39,253 nt of DNA, taken from assembly GCA_036384455.1 (NCBI GenBank), contig DASVMH010000254.1:1-39253 (forward strand), given 5' to 3'. A program made the translations under genes and the position numbers. The notes beneath the pieces were generated by a model. The model was not told the origin of the DNA and did not search any database. It was given only the letters and a program-made list of their open reading frames with translations. Shown piece by piece: positions 1 through 10,029 of the stretch. The stretch comes from Marmoricola sp. (GTDB lineage: Bacteria; Actinomycetota; Actinomycetes; Propionibacteriales; Nocardioidaceae). How positions within the stretch are numbered: the first letter of the stretch is position 1; each line of letters begins with the position of its first letter.

Positions 1-423
1 CGTCTTCGCGGCGTCGGTGCCGGTGGTACGTGCCTGCCGGTAGACCTCGTTGAGCCGTGCCCGCAGGTGCGCGGGTGCGGCCATCCCGGTCATCGGGTCC
101 TCACACGACAACTGATGGACATACGACAGTGATTCCTCCGACCACGCCAGCGAGAGCGCCCTCATCTCCTCGAACGCCGGCGGACGGCCGGCCGCCTGTA
201 CGACGGCGGACCGGAGCCCGTCGAGTGCCTCACCCAGGTCGGCACCCTCACGAGCCAGCTCCCGGCCCACTGTCGTACAGGCGGCCGCGGTGTCCTCCCC
301 ACGGATCGCCCGCTCGCGGATCGCGTCGTATCGGTCCCCTGTGCCGTTCGACGTGTGCTCCGCGCGGTGATCCCCGTGCTCCAGGACGGCGGTCCGGGTT
401 CCCCGCTCACTGATGAGCCCCAT
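1..423 (-). CDS. Hypothetical protein, probable degenerate GGDEF-like domain (runs off window start)
   Basis: Not in ORF track. Hand translation from ATG 423: MGLISERGTRT...SLAWSEESLSYVHQLSCEDPMTGMAAPAHLRARLNEVYRQ..., open to base 1. AGGAGG SD at 432-437. DPxTG is the motif that precedes GGDEF domains. Confidence 0.7.
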   Translation of the reverse strand, partial: MGLISERGTRTAVLEHGDHRAEHTSNGTGDRYDAIRERAIRGEDTAAACTTVGRELAREGADLGEALDGLRSAVVQAAGRPPAFEEMRALSLAWSEESLSYVHQLSCEDPMTGMAAPAHLRARLNEVYRQARTTGTDAAKT

Positions 424-644
424 CGGATCCACCTCCTGTACGCACTGCGAACGAGTCTTGAATTCGTTCGCGATCTGGCAATGAGACGACCCTGGACGCG
501 GTCCATGACGCGACTCTCGAAACTTTTCCAAAGGTATTTTTCGGACGTTTCGGTCAGGCGCGCCAACGTGGCCTTTTCGACATACGCTCGTTGTGCTGCT
601 GGGAGAGTCCAGTCGCGTCGAATCGATCCAGGGGAGCAACAGCG

Positions 645-2261
645 ATGTCCGTCGTCGAGCACGCGCACGTTGCGGATGCTGACGACGTCCTGATCACCCG
701 GGTCCGCGGTGGTGACCTCGACGCGTACGGCGCCCTCTTCGCACGGCACCGCGACGCCGCGCTGAGGCTGGCCCGGTCCCTGTCGAACGGACCCGACGCC
801 GACGACCTCGTGTCGGATGCGTTCGCGAAGGTCCTCGCCACGCTGCAGAAGGGCGGCGGCCCGGACCTCGCCTTCCGCGCCTATCTGCTCACCGCCGTGC
901 GACGACTGCACGTCGACCGGATCCGCTCGCAGGCGCGGGCCACCCCGACCGACGACATCGCGGCGCTCGACCAGGGCGAGCCGTTCAACGACACCGCCGT
1001 CTCCGCGTTCGAGAACGGCGCCGCCGCCCGCGCCTTCAAGAGCCTCCCCGAGCGCTGGCAGATGGTGCTGTGGCATCTCGAGGTCGAGCGGCAGAAGCCC
1101 GCCGACATCGCCCCCCTGCTCGGGATGAGCCCCAACGCGGTCGCCGCGCTGGCGTACCGCGCTCGCGAGGGCCTGCGCCAGGCGTTCGTGACGATGCACG
1201 CGAGCGACGGCGCACACGCCGCCGGCGGCGCGGAGATCGTCGACGAGCACTGCCGCGAGGTCCGCGAGCAGCTCGGGTCCTACATCCGTCAGGGTCTGTC
1301 GCGCCGCGACAGCGCCAAGGTCGAGGAACACCTCAAGGGCTGCCGGCCCTGCACTGCGGTCTATCTCGAGCTCACCGAGGTGAACTCGTCCCTGGCCGCG
1401 GTCCTGGGACCGGTCGTGCTCGGCACCGCAGCCGCGGCCTACCTCGGTGGCCTCGGCGCCGCGACCGCCGGCGGTGGCGGCGCGATGGCGGGGGTCGGAT
1501 TCGTGATCGGGCGGGTGCGCGACTTCGTCGCCGCCAACACCGCGACGGTCGCCGTCGGCACCGCCGCGACCGTTGCGGTCGCCACCGGGGCCGGCGCGTA
1601 CGCCGCGCACAAGATGCACCACGACGCACCGTCGGCCGCTCCCCCGGCAGCATCTGCCCCCGTCCACCCGACGTCGCCCGCACCCACCCACGCGGCGGCG
1701 CCCGTGCACCCGAAGAAGTCACCGGCCGCCGAGCCCACGGCGGCTGCCACGACCGCGATCGCGAGCGATGTCGCGACCAGCGCGGCACCGTCGCCGACGA
1801 GCGAGCCGTCCCCGGACTCAGGTGACTCGCCCAGTGACTCGCCCAGCGAGTCATCGAGCACGGAGCCGAGCCAGGGCCCGACCTCGACCGCGCCCGTCCT
1901 CCACCCGCTCGCCCTGACCGCCCCGACCTCCGCCGAGCACACCGTGACGCTGCGCGTCACGGGATTCGCCTCGGGTGAGGGTGGCGTGGTCACGCTGCAC
2001 CTGCCGCTCTCACTGCCCTGGTGGCACACCCCGAGCTGCTCAGGACACGGCCACACCCGCACCTGCGCCGTGTCGGCCGCCGACCCGACGGTGTCGGTCC
2101 GGTTCCGCGGGCTCGTCAACCGCACGTTCTCCGCATCGTTCCGCCCGGCTTCCGGTGTCGACGACACGAGCAGCGGCGACGACGACGTTCGCGTGACGAT
2201 GCGCGGCCTGCTCCCGATCGACGTCCCTGTCGGTGAGCGCGGGGTGCGGGCACGGAAGTAG
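645..2261 (+). CDS. ECF sigma-70 factor fused to zinc anti-sigma (zf-HC2) domain, TM region and Pro/Ser/Thr-rich extracytoplasmic tail
   Basis: Region 2 (DADDLVSDAF, FRAYLLTAVR), region 4 (LPERWQMVL...IAPLLGMSPNAVAALAYRAREGLR), ZAS motif HLKGCRPC, then Ala/Gly hydrophobic stretch. GGGGAG SD before ATG 645. Confidence 0.88.
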   Translation: MSVVEHAHVADADDVLITRVRGGDLDAYGALFARHRDAALRLARSLSNGPDADDLVSDAFAKVLATLQKGGGPDLAFRAYLLTAVRRLHVDRIRSQARATPTDDIAALDQGEPFNDTAVSAFENGAAARAFKSLPERWQMVLWHLEVERQKPADIAPLLGMSPNAVAALAYRAREGLRQAFVTMHASDGAHAAGGAEIVDEHCREVREQLGSYIRQGLSRRDSAKVEEHLKGCRPCTAVYLELTEVNSSLAAVLGPVVLGTAAAAYLGGLGAATAGGGGAMAGVGFVIGRVRDFVAANTATVAVGTAATVAVATGAGAYAAHKMHHDAPSAAPPAASAPVHPTSPAPTHAAAPVHPKKSPAAEPTAAATTAIASDVATSAAPSPTSEPSPDSGDSPSDSPSESSSTEPSQGPTSTAPVLHPLALTAPTSAEHTVTLRVTGFASGEGGVVTLHLPLSLPWWHTPSCSGHGHTRTCAVSAADPTVSVRFRGLVNRTFSASFRPASGVDDTSSGDDDVRVTMRGLLPIDVPVGERGVRARK

Positions 2262-2298
2262 CGCGCGCCCGCCCCGGCCGGGTCGATAACCTGCACCG

Positions 2299-3561
2299 GT
2301 GAACCTCTGGCCGGCACCGCGCGCACACGGCGCCGTCCGTGCACGCGTGGGTCTGCCCGGTTCGAAGTCCCTGACCAACCGCGCCCTCGTCCTCGCAGCG
2401 CTCGCAGACGAACCCGGCCGGATCCGCGGAGCACTGCGCTCGCGCGACACGGAGTTGATGGCCGCAGCGCTGAGCGCGCTCGGCGCAACCGTCGACACCT
2501 CGGGCGAGGACTGGGCGGTGACACCCGGGCGGCTGACCGGGCCGGCCGGGATCGACTGCGGGCTCGCCGGCACAGTGATGCGTTTCGTGCCGCCCGTAGC
2601 GGCCCTTGCCGACGGGACGGCGGAGTTCGACGGGGACCCGCACGCGCGGACCCGCCCGATGGCCGAGGTGATCGGTGCGCTCCGCACGCTCGGCGTCGAC
2701 ATCCGTGACGACGATCGCGGCACCCTCCCCTTCACGGTCGCGGGGACCGGCACGGTCCGCGGCGGGGTCGTCACCATCGACGCGTCGGCTTCGAGCCAGT
2801 TCGTCTCGGCACTGTTGCTGAGCGGCTGTCGCTACGACGAGGGGGTCGACGTCCGCCACGACGGCAAGCCCGTGCCGTCGATGCCGCACATCGAGATGAC
2901 GCTGAGCTGCCTGCGCGATCGCGGCGTCCAGGTCGACGACGGCGAGCCGAACCGCTGGCGGGTGCTGCCCGGCACCGTACGCGCGACCGACGTCGTCATC
3001 GAGCCCGACCTCTCCAACGCCGCACCGTTCCTCATGCTCGCGATGACCAGTGGTGGCCTCGTGACCGTGCCCGGGTGGCCACGACACACGACCCAGGCGG
3101 GCGACGCCCTGCGCGATCTGCTCGAGCAGATGGGGGCCGAGGTCCACCTGGACGACGACGGATTGCAGGTCGGCGGGAGCGGGACCATCTCCGGCATCGA
3201 CGTCGATCTGCACGACCTCGGCGAACTCACCCCGGCGATGGCAGCACTCTGCGCGCTCGCGGACTCACCGTCCCATCTGCGTGGCATCGCGCACATCCGC
3301 GGTCACGAGACGGATCGACTCAGCGCACTGGCCGCCGAGCTCACCGGGCTCGGCGCCGACGTCACCGAACACGCGGACGGCCTCGAGATCCGGCCGGCCC
3401 CGCTGCACGGTGGCACCTTCCACACCTACGCCGATCACCGGATGGCGCACGCGGGTGTCGTCCTCGGCTCCGCCGTCGACGACATCCTCGTGGAGGACAT
3501 CGCCACCACGAGCAAGACCTACCCCGGATTCGCCGAGGTATGGGCCGGGCTGTTGGGATGA
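2299..3561 (+). CDS. aroA: 3-phosphoshikimate 1-carboxyvinyltransferase (EPSP synthase)
   Basis: [42 protein letters not shown] motifs. TAACCT -10 at 2287-2292, 6 nt before GTG (leaderless). Confidence 0.97.
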   Translation: MNLWPAPRAHGAVRARVGLPGSKSLTNRALVLAALADEPGRIRGALRSRDTELMAAALSALGATVDTSGEDWAVTPGRLTGPAGIDCGLAGTVMRFVPPVAALADGTAEFDGDPHARTRPMAEVIGALRTLGVDIRDDDRGTLPFTVAGTGTVRGGVVTIDASASSQFVSALLLSGCRYDEGVDVRHDGKPVPSMPHIEMTLSCLRDRGVQVDDGEPNRWRVLPGTVRATDVVIEPDLSNAAPFLMLAMTSGGLVTVPGWPRHTTQAGDALRDLLEQMGAEVHLDDDGLQVGGSGTISGIDVDLHDLGELTPAMAALCALADSPSHLRGIAHIRGHETDRLSALAAELTGLGADVTEHADGLEIRPAPLHGGTFHTYADHRMAHAGVVLGSAVDDILVEDIATTSKTYPGFAEVWAGLLG

Positions 3562-3568
3562 CCGCCTG

Positions 3569-4543
3569 ATGCCGCGGTACGACGAGCACGACCCGGAGAG
3601 CTACGAGCGGCCGCGACGGCGCACCCGGCCGCGCACGAAGGAGCGACCCTCCTACGACGACGCCGTCCCGGCGAGCGTCGTGACCGTCGATCGGGGGCGC
3701 TACACCTGCCACCTCGACGACGGCACCGTCGTGCTCGCGGTCAAGGCCCGACCGCTGGGCCGCAAGGGCGTGGTCGTGGGCGACCGCGTCGGACTCGTCG
3801 GTGACACGTCAGGCACCGACGACACCCTCGCGCGGGTCGTCACTGTCGAGGAACGCAGCACCGTGCTGCGGCGTACCGCCGATGACGACGATCCCGTCGA
3901 GCGCGTGATCGTCGCGAACGCCGACCAACTCGTGATCGTGACCGCGCTCGCCGATCCGGAGCCGCGGCCCCGGCTGATCGATCGGGCGCTGGTCGCCGCC
4001 TTCGACGCGGGGATGGATCCCCTGCTCGTGATGACGAAGTCCGACCTCGCGGCGCCCGACGCCCTGATCGACACCTATCGCCCCCTCGGCGTCGCGTACG
4101 AGGTGACCACGCGCGGCGCCGACGTCGGCGCGATCCGACAGCGGCTGAACGGCCGGCGCAGTGTCCTGCTCGGCCACAGCGGAGTGGGCAAGTCGACGCT
4201 GGTCAACGCCCTCGTGCCCGACGCGGGTCGCGAGACCGGCGGCGTCAACGCCGTCACCGGTCGCGGCCGGCACACCTCGACCAGCGCCGTGCTGCTCCCG
4301 CTCCCCGGTGGAGGCTGGATCGTGGACACCCCCGGGCTCCGCTCGTTCGGGCTGGCGCACGTCGACCCGGACCACCTGATCGGCGCCTTCCCCGACCTGC
4401 ACGACCTCACCCTCGACTGCCCGCGCGGCTGCACACATGCGTCCGGCGAGCCCGAGTGCGGTCTCGATGCCGCGCCGACGGATCTCGTGCCCCGTGTCGA
4501 GTCCTTCCGCCGCCTGCTCGCGAGTCGTGAGGGCGGCTCCTAG
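3569..4543 (+). CDS. rsgA: Ribosome small subunit-dependent GTPase A
   Basis: Circularly permuted GTPase motifs TKSD, GHSGVGKS, GRGRHTST, DTPG; C-terminal CxxxCxH...C zinc site; follows aroA as in other actinobacteria. Confidence 0.95.
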   Translation: MPRYDEHDPESYERPRRRTRPRTKERPSYDDAVPASVVTVDRGRYTCHLDDGTVVLAVKARPLGRKGVVVGDRVGLVGDTSGTDDTLARVVTVEERSTVLRRTADDDDPVERVIVANADQLVIVTALADPEPRPRLIDRALVAAFDAGMDPLLVMTKSDLAAPDALIDTYRPLGVAYEVTTRGADVGAIRQRLNGRRSVLLGHSGVGKSTLVNALVPDAGRETGGVNAVTGRGRHTSTSAVLLPLPGGGWIVDTPGLRSFGLAHVDPDHLIGAFPDLHDLTLDCPRGCTHASGEPECGLDAAPTDLVPRVESFRRLLASREGGS

Positions 4544-4552
4544 GGGTCCGCC

Positions 4553-5029
4553 TCAGCCGACAGACCCGTAGACGACCTTCGCCCCCGCATCGCCTGTGCG
4601 GAAGACGAGATAGAGCTCGACGAGTCCCACCAACGGGAGCACCACCGTCAGGATCGGTCGCAGTGCCGCGATCCGACCGTTGAAGTCACGCCCGCCGACC
4701 AGACGGTTCGCCGCGGGCAACGTCAGGCACGCGATCACGACCACGGCAGCGAGCACCCAGGTGCCGACCTGCAGCCGACCCGCCCAGGTCTCGTGCGCCT
4801 GGATCAGCGGGCCGGTCATGTGCAACCGGTCCTTGAGATCGTGGCCGCTCATCACCGCGACCTGCGCGCTGATCGCGGCGACCACCGCGGTCACCGCGGT
4901 CGGCCAGCGCAGCGCCCAGCGCCAACGCGGGCGTACGCCGTAGAGGACAGCGCCGATCGCGGCCAACGGCGTCGCGACGACGACCAGATGCACGATGAGC
5001 GGGTGCAGCGGCAGTCCGTTGAACGTCAT
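4553..5029 (-). CDS. DUF2231-type membrane protein
   Basis: PLHPLIVH N-terminal motif, about 4 hydrophobic helices, C-terminal GxxGAKVVY. Confidence 0.8.
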   Translation of the reverse strand: MTFNGLPLHPLIVHLVVVATPLAAIGAVLYGVRPRWRWALRWPTAVTAVVAAISAQVAVMSGHDLKDRLHMTGPLIQAHETWAGRLQVGTWVLAAVVVIACLTLPAANRLVGGRDFNGRIAALRPILTVVLPLVGLVELYLVFRTGDAGAKVVYGSVG

Positions 5030-5105
5030 GGGACAACGCTAGGCCGTCAACCTTTCAACAAGCTGATACCGAGGGATGGAAACAGGGGGGAATACGCTGA
5101 GGGCC

Positions 5106-6005
5106 ATGCCCGCCCGGACGCCTGACTACACCGACGACCTGCGGCTGGCCCATGTGCTCGCCGACGACGCGGACTCGCTGGCGATGTCTCGGTTCAAGGC
5201 ACTGGACCTGCACGTGATGACCAAGCCCGACCTGACACCGGTCACGGACGCCGACCGGGCCGTCGAGGAGGGCATCCGCCGCACCCTGGCCCGGGCCCGG
5301 CCACGCGACGCCGTGCTCGGCGAGGAGACGGGGTCGGCCGGGCACAGCCAGCGCCGGTGGGTGATCGACCCGATCGACGGCACCAAGAACTTCGTCCGGG
5401 GCGTCCCCGTCTGGGCCACCCTGATCGCGCTCATGGTCGATGACGAGGTCGTCGTCGGGGTCGTGTCCGCGCCCGCGCTCAACCGTCGCTGGTGGGCGAT
5501 GAAGGATGGCCGCGCCTGGACCGGCAAGTCGCTGCTGCGCGCCGCTCCCTGCGAGGTCTCCGACGTGTCACGCATCGAGGACGCGTCGCTGTCGTACTCC
5601 TCCCTCACCGGATGGGACAAGCGCGGTCGACTCGACGACTTCCTGTCCCTGTCACGACGATGCTGGCGCACGCGGGCGTACGGCGACTTCTGGTCCTACA
5701 TGCTGCTCGCCGAAGGTGCCGTCGACCTCGCCGCCGAGCCGGAGCTCGAGCTCTACGACATGGCGGCGCTCGACATCATCGTGCGCGAGGCCGGCGGTGT
5801 CTTCACCTCGCTGGAGGGCGAGAACGGGCCCAACGGTGGCAACGCGCTCGCGAGCAACGGGAAGCTCCACGACCAGGCGCTGGCCTTCCTCGGCGAACTG
5901 GACCCCACTGAGTGGGGAGGCGAGGCGCCCGCACCCGCATCCCTGGGCTCGGTGCACCAGCTCGCCGATCGGCGACGCGCCGAGGACGACCCGTCGGCCG
6001 ACTGA
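5106..6005 (+). CDS. hisN: Histidinol-phosphatase (inositol monophosphatase family)
   Basis: KPDLTPVTDAD, GEE, WVIDPIDGTKNF, YGDFWSY, YDMAA motifs. TACGCT -10 7 nt before ATG 5106. Confidence 0.92.
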   Translation: MPARTPDYTDDLRLAHVLADDADSLAMSRFKALDLHVMTKPDLTPVTDADRAVEEGIRRTLARARPRDAVLGEETGSAGHSQRRWVIDPIDGTKNFVRGVPVWATLIALMVDDEVVVGVVSAPALNRRWWAMKDGRAWTGKSLLRAAPCEVSDVSRIEDASLSYSSLTGWDKRGRLDDFLSLSRRCWRTRAYGDFWSYMLLAEGAVDLAAEPELELYDMAALDIIVREAGGVFTSLEGENGPNGGNALASNGKLHDQALAFLGELDPTEWGGEAPAPASLGSVHQLADRRRAEDDPSAD

Positions 6006-6087
6006 GCCCGACCTCAGGGTGTAGCCGCCCGGGCCCGGGCGCTCTACGGTGGAGGCAAGTCTCGACGAGCCCCCTTTGGAGGTCGCC

Positions 6088-6519
6088 ATGTTGATCCGCG
6101 AGGTCGTCACCGGCAAAGGACGCCCTGATGTCATCACCATCGTCCCGGACGCCGGGGTCCGCGAGCTGCTCGCGTTGCTCGCCGAGCACAACATCGGTGC
6201 CGTCGTCGTCTCCGCCGACGGCAGCACCGTCGCGGGCATCGTCAGCGAGCGCGATGTCGTGCGCAAGCTCAACAGCGATCCGGACGTCCTCGATGCGACC
6301 GTCGCCTCGATCATGACCACCTCGGTGCACAGCGTCGCGCCCGACGACAGCCTCGACGACATCCGACGGCTGATGACCGAGCGCCGCTTCCGGCACGTCC
6401 CCGTCGTGGCCGACGGCTCCCTGACCGGCATCATCAGCATCGGCGACGTCGTCAAGGCGTACATCGACCAGGTCGAGTTCGAGCGCGAGCAGCTCGAGTC
6501 GTACGTCCACCAGACCTGA
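6088..6519 (+). CDS. CBS domain-containing protein
   Basis: Tandem CBS motifs (NIGAVVV...GIVSERDVV; RFRHVPVV...GIISIGDVV). GGAGG SD before ATG 6088. Confidence 0.9.
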   Translation: MLIREVVTGKGRPDVITIVPDAGVRELLALLAEHNIGAVVVSADGSTVAGIVSERDVVRKLNSDPDVLDATVASIMTTSVHSVAPDDSLDDIRRLMTERRFRHVPVVADGSLTGIISIGDVVKAYIDQVEFEREQLESYVHQT

Positions 6520-6539
6520 GTGCATGAAAGGGTGTCCTC

Positions 6540-6917
6540 ATGAGCAGTGCTGAGAAGCCCGAAGTCGACCCGCACATGGGCGAGCCGCCCGCCGATCTGG
6601 AGATCACCGACCTGACCGTCGGCGAAGGCACCGAGGCGACCGCCGGGTCCGCCGTGTCCGTGCACTACGTCGGCGTCGCGCACTCGACCGGCGAGGAGTT
6701 CGACGCGTCCTACAACCGCGGCGCCCCCCTGCAGTTCCGGCTCGGCATCGGCCAGGTCATCGCGGGCTGGGACAACGGCGTGCAGGGCATGAAGGTCGGC
6801 GGTCGACGCCGGCTGGTGATCCCGCCGCACCTGGCGTACGGCGACCGCGGTGCTCCCGGCGCGATCGCACCCGGCGAAACGCTGATCTTCGTCGTCGACC
6901 TGCTCGACGTCAGGTAG
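6540..6917 (+). CDS. FKBP-type peptidyl-prolyl cis-trans isomerase
   Basis: VHYVG, FDASY, VIAGWD, GMKVGGRRRLVIPPHLAYG, LIFVVDLL. Confidence 0.95.
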   Translation: MSSAEKPEVDPHMGEPPADLEITDLTVGEGTEATAGSAVSVHYVGVAHSTGEEFDASYNRGAPLQFRLGIGQVIAGWDNGVQGMKVGGRRRLVIPPHLAYGDRGAPGAIAPGETLIFVVDLLDVR

Positions 6918-6920
6918 CGC

Positions 6921-7166
6921 TCACCACGGCACGTCGATCTCGACGTCGCCCGTGACGACCCGGGCGCGACGGCCCCCCAACTCGACGATCGTGCCGTCCG
7001 CGAGTTGGCGGCCGCGCCTGGTCTCCGTCGCACCGTCGACGAGCACGTCCCCCGACGCGATCGCCACCTTGGCGTCGGCACCGGAGTCGACGAGATTCGC
7101 GAGCTTGAGGAACTGTCCGAGCCGGATGGTCTCGTCGCGGATCGGTACGTCGTCCACCTGACTCAT
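6921..7166 (-). CDS. S4 domain RNA-binding protein (YaaA-like)
   Basis: IRLGQFLKLA...SGADAK...ETRRGRQL. ATG overlaps the DUF445 stop (ATGA). Confidence 0.9.
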   Translation of the reverse strand: MSQVDDVPIRDETIRLGQFLKLANLVDSGADAKVAIASGDVLVDGATETRRGRQLADGTIVELGGRRARVVTGDVEIDVPW

Positions 7167-8455
7167 GACGCCACCACCGTGATCGCATGGATGAGCACGC
7201 CGACGAGACCACCGACGATGGTGCCGTTGATCCGGATGAACTGGAGGTCCGGGCCGACGTGCAGCTCGATCTTCCGGGCGGCCTCGACACCGTCCCAGCG
7301 CTCGATGGTGTGCGTGATGATCGCGGCCAACTCGTCGCCGTACCGCCCGATCGCCCAGACCGCGAGATCGGCGGTCCACTGCTCGATGCGACCGCGCAGC
7401 GCCTCGTCGACGCCCAGCCGCTCGCCGAAGGCGACCAGCTCGGACTGCACCCGTGCACGCAACGGCCCGTCCTCGTCCTGCAGACCTGAGACCAGGGCTC
7501 GACGGAACGCCGCCCAGAGCGACAACGCGGTATCGGTCAGCTGTCGCTGGTCGAGCAACCGCTCCTTGAGCTTCTCGGCGCGGGCCTGGGTGTCCGGGTC
7601 GTGCATGAGGTCCTCGGCCAACTGCCGCAGCAGTCCGTCGAGGGCGTGCCGCGCACGATGGTCCGGATCGGCCTTGATGTCGGCGATCCAGCGCACCGCC
7701 TCGAGGTGGATCCGATTGGTCACCGCCGTGTTGACGCTCTCCGGCGCCCACCACGGCGCCCGTTCGCCGAGGACCGCGGTGAACGTCTCCTGGTTGTGCA
7801 CCAGCCACCGATAGCCCTCCTCGAGGGCGAGGTCGACCAGGCCGTGGTGGGCGCCGTCGGCGACGATCTCGGCCAACAGGGGTCCAGCCACGGGACTGAT
7901 CGGTTCCTCACGCAAGCGCGGCAACAACACCTCGTCGACCAGCGCGGTGACGTCCTCGTCACGCAGTCGCTGCACCCCGATCGCAGCGACGGTCGCCGAC
8001 TCGGCGACCACCCGTGACGCGTTCGCGGGCACCGCGAGCCACACCCCGACCCGACGCGGGATGTCCGCGACGGCGAGGCGTTCGCGGATGACGTCCTCGG
8101 CGAGGAAGTTCTCGGTGAAGAAGTCCTGGAGGCTGCGCCCGAACTCGTCCTTGCGTCTGGGGATCAGCGCCGTGTGCGGGATCGGCAGCCCCAACGGGTG
8201 CCGGAAGAGCGCGGTGACAGCGAACCAGTCCGCGAAGGCGCCGACCATGCTCGCCTCGGCGCCGGCGTTGACGTACCCGAGGAAGCCGCCGTGGTGGAGC
8301 GTGCTCGCATAGACGATCGCGGCCAGGACGAGGAGCCCTCCGGCCAGGGTGCGCATGCGGCGCAGTCGGCGACGACGCGCCGCATCAGCGGCGGTCTCCC
8401 CCGCCCCGGCGCCCACGGCTCCCGCGGCGACCGGCACCGGTGCGACCTGACCCAT
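7163..8455 (-). CDS. DUF445 family membrane protein
   Basis: EASMVGAFADWFAVTALFRHPLGLPIPHTA and C-terminal DLQFIRINGTIVGG. Confidence 0.92.
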   Translation of the reverse strand: MGQVAPVPVAAGAVGAGAGETAADAARRRRLRRMRTLAGGLLVLAAIVYASTLHHGGFLGYVNAGAEASMVGAFADWFAVTALFRHPLGLPIPHTALIPRRKDEFGRSLQDFFTENFLAEDVIRERLAVADIPRRVGVWLAVPANASRVVAESATVAAIGVQRLRDEDVTALVDEVLLPRLREEPISPVAGPLLAEIVADGAHHGLVDLALEEGYRWLVHNQETFTAVLGERAPWWAPESVNTAVTNRIHLEAVRWIADIKADPDHRARHALDGLLRQLAEDLMHDPDTQARAEKLKERLLDQRQLTDTALSLWAAFRRALVSGLQDEDGPLRARVQSELVAFGERLGVDEALRGRIEQWTADLAVWAIGRYGDELAAIITHTIERWDGVEAARKIELHVGPDLQFIRINGTIVGGLVGVLIHAITVVAS

Positions 8456-8505
8456 CCGAACAGCCTAGAGCGCACCCGGCTGCGCCGATCATCTAGGATC
8501 ACTGG

Positions 8506-10029
8506 GTGCGTCAACGCAATTCTCGGAACATCTCGGTCCTGCTCACCCTTCCGCTGATCGCCGTCATGGGCGTGGTCTCCATGGGTCCGGCGGCCTCCGC
8601 CGCGAGCCCCGGCCCGGGCGACCCGACACCCGGTGGGGCGAAGGGTCCGTTGGCGCTGGTCCAGCACCTGATCGACCAGGTCACGCCTGGCGACGACGCG
8701 GCACACGCGCTGCCCGCCGCCCCCGACGGCCACGTCGACGTCACGGCGATGCTCTCGCAACTCGAGGCCGCGCTGCCGAAGCTGCACGGCGACCAGCGGA
8801 CGCAGGCGCAGCAGATCCTGGCCAGGCCCACCGACGGCAGCGGCGACTATCTCGGCTCCGGGGTCTTCATCCACCTCGACCCGTCGGCGACGAAGATGGT
8901 CCAGACGAAGCACTTCGTCATCCACTACGTGAGCTCCGGGACCAACGGCGCCACCCGCGCCCAGGTCAATCGCACCGCTTCGGTCATGGAGCACGTCTGG
9001 AAGACCGAGGTCGGTCACCTGGGCTTCCATGCGCCCAAGAGCGACGCGAATGTCTCGTCCAAGCAGAACATCAACAAGAAGGTCGACATCTATCTCGGCA
9101 ACCTCGGCCAGTACCGCATCTACGGCTACTGCGCTGCGGACAACTACAACGCCGCGACCAGTTCGGGCTACTGCGTCCTGGACAACAACTTCTCCGCCGC
9201 GAAGTTCGGCTATCGGACCTCGCCGCTCAACTCGCTGCGCGTGACCGCCGCCCACGAGTTCTTCCACGACATCCAGTACAGCTACCACGCCAACCTCCAG
9301 GGTTGGCCATGGTTCGCCGAGGGCACCGCCGTGTGGATGGAGGATCGGGTCTACAACTCCGTCAACGACTACCTCCAGTACGTCCCGGTGAGCCCGATCC
9401 GTCGGCCGCTCGTGCCCTTCGTCAACACCGGCTCGTACGCCCGCTACGGATCATTCGTGGCGTTCAAGTTCTTCACGTCCCGCTTCCACGACCCGACGTT
9501 CGTACGGAAGCTGTGGACCCGCGTCGGGAGCGGTCACACCCCGATGGCGGCCATCAAGTCCGTGCTGGCGTCCCACAAGAGTTCGCTGCCGCGCGCGATG
9601 CGCGACTTCGGCGTGTGGAACACCCTGCGGGCGCACACCTACCCCGAACGCCTGTCCTACAAGCCCGTCGGTTGGTGGCACAACCGGACCCTGTCCAAGT
9701 CGCACCCCGGGACCGGTCGCTACAGCGTGAAGATCAAGCCGTTGGCCACGGCGCCCCTGCGCCTCAAGCCGTCCTCCCATCTGGGGAAGAGCGTTCGCGT
9801 GGTCATCCGTGTCGACGGCCCGGCTCGGCGCTACGCACCCGCGGCCCAGATCCAGATCCGCAAGCGCAACGGGAGCGTGGCCACCCGCTACTTCACGTTG
9901 GCCGCGAACGGCAACGGCGTCCACCGATACCACTTCAACCCGCACAAGGTGAGCTCGATCGTGCTCACCCTGACCAATGCCGAGCAGGGCAAGCGCCGCA
10001 CGTTCCGCGTCAACGCGTACCTGAAGTAG
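8506..10029 (+). CDS. Secreted zinc metalloprotease (MXAN_6640-like)
   Basis: Signal peptide; AHEFFH (HExxH) followed by WFAEGTAVWME (third-ligand Glu); basic beta-rich C-terminal domain. Confidence 0.8.
   Translation: MRQRNSRNISVLLTLPLIAVMGVVSMGPAASAASPGPGDPTPGGAKGPLALVQHLIDQVTPGDDAAHALPAAPDGHVDVTAMLSQLEAALPKLHGDQRTQAQQILARPTDGSGDYLGSGVFIHLDPSATKMVQTKHFVIHYVSSGTNGATRAQVNRTASVMEHVWKTEVGHLGFHAPKSDANVSSKQNINKKVDIYLGNLGQYRIYGYCAADNYNAATSSGYCVLDNNFSAAKFGYRTSPLNSLRVTAAHEFFHDIQYSYHANLQGWPWFAEGTAVWMEDRVYNSVNDYLQYVPVSPIRRPLVPFVNTGSYARYGSFVAFKFFTSRFHDPTFVRKLWTRVGSGHTPMAAIKSVLASHKSSLPRAMRDFGVWNTLRAHTYPERLSYKPVGWWHNRTLSKSHPGTGRYSVKIKPLATAPLRLKPSSHLGKSVRVVIRVDGPARRYAPAAQIQIRKRNGSVATRYFTLAANGNGVHRYHFNPHKVSSIVLTLTNAEQGKRRTFRVNAYLK

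Noticed and set aside
6027-6040. GCCCGGGCCCGGGC palindrome after hisN as a terminator
   Set aside because: Short, GC-only and without a U-tract; too weak to call.
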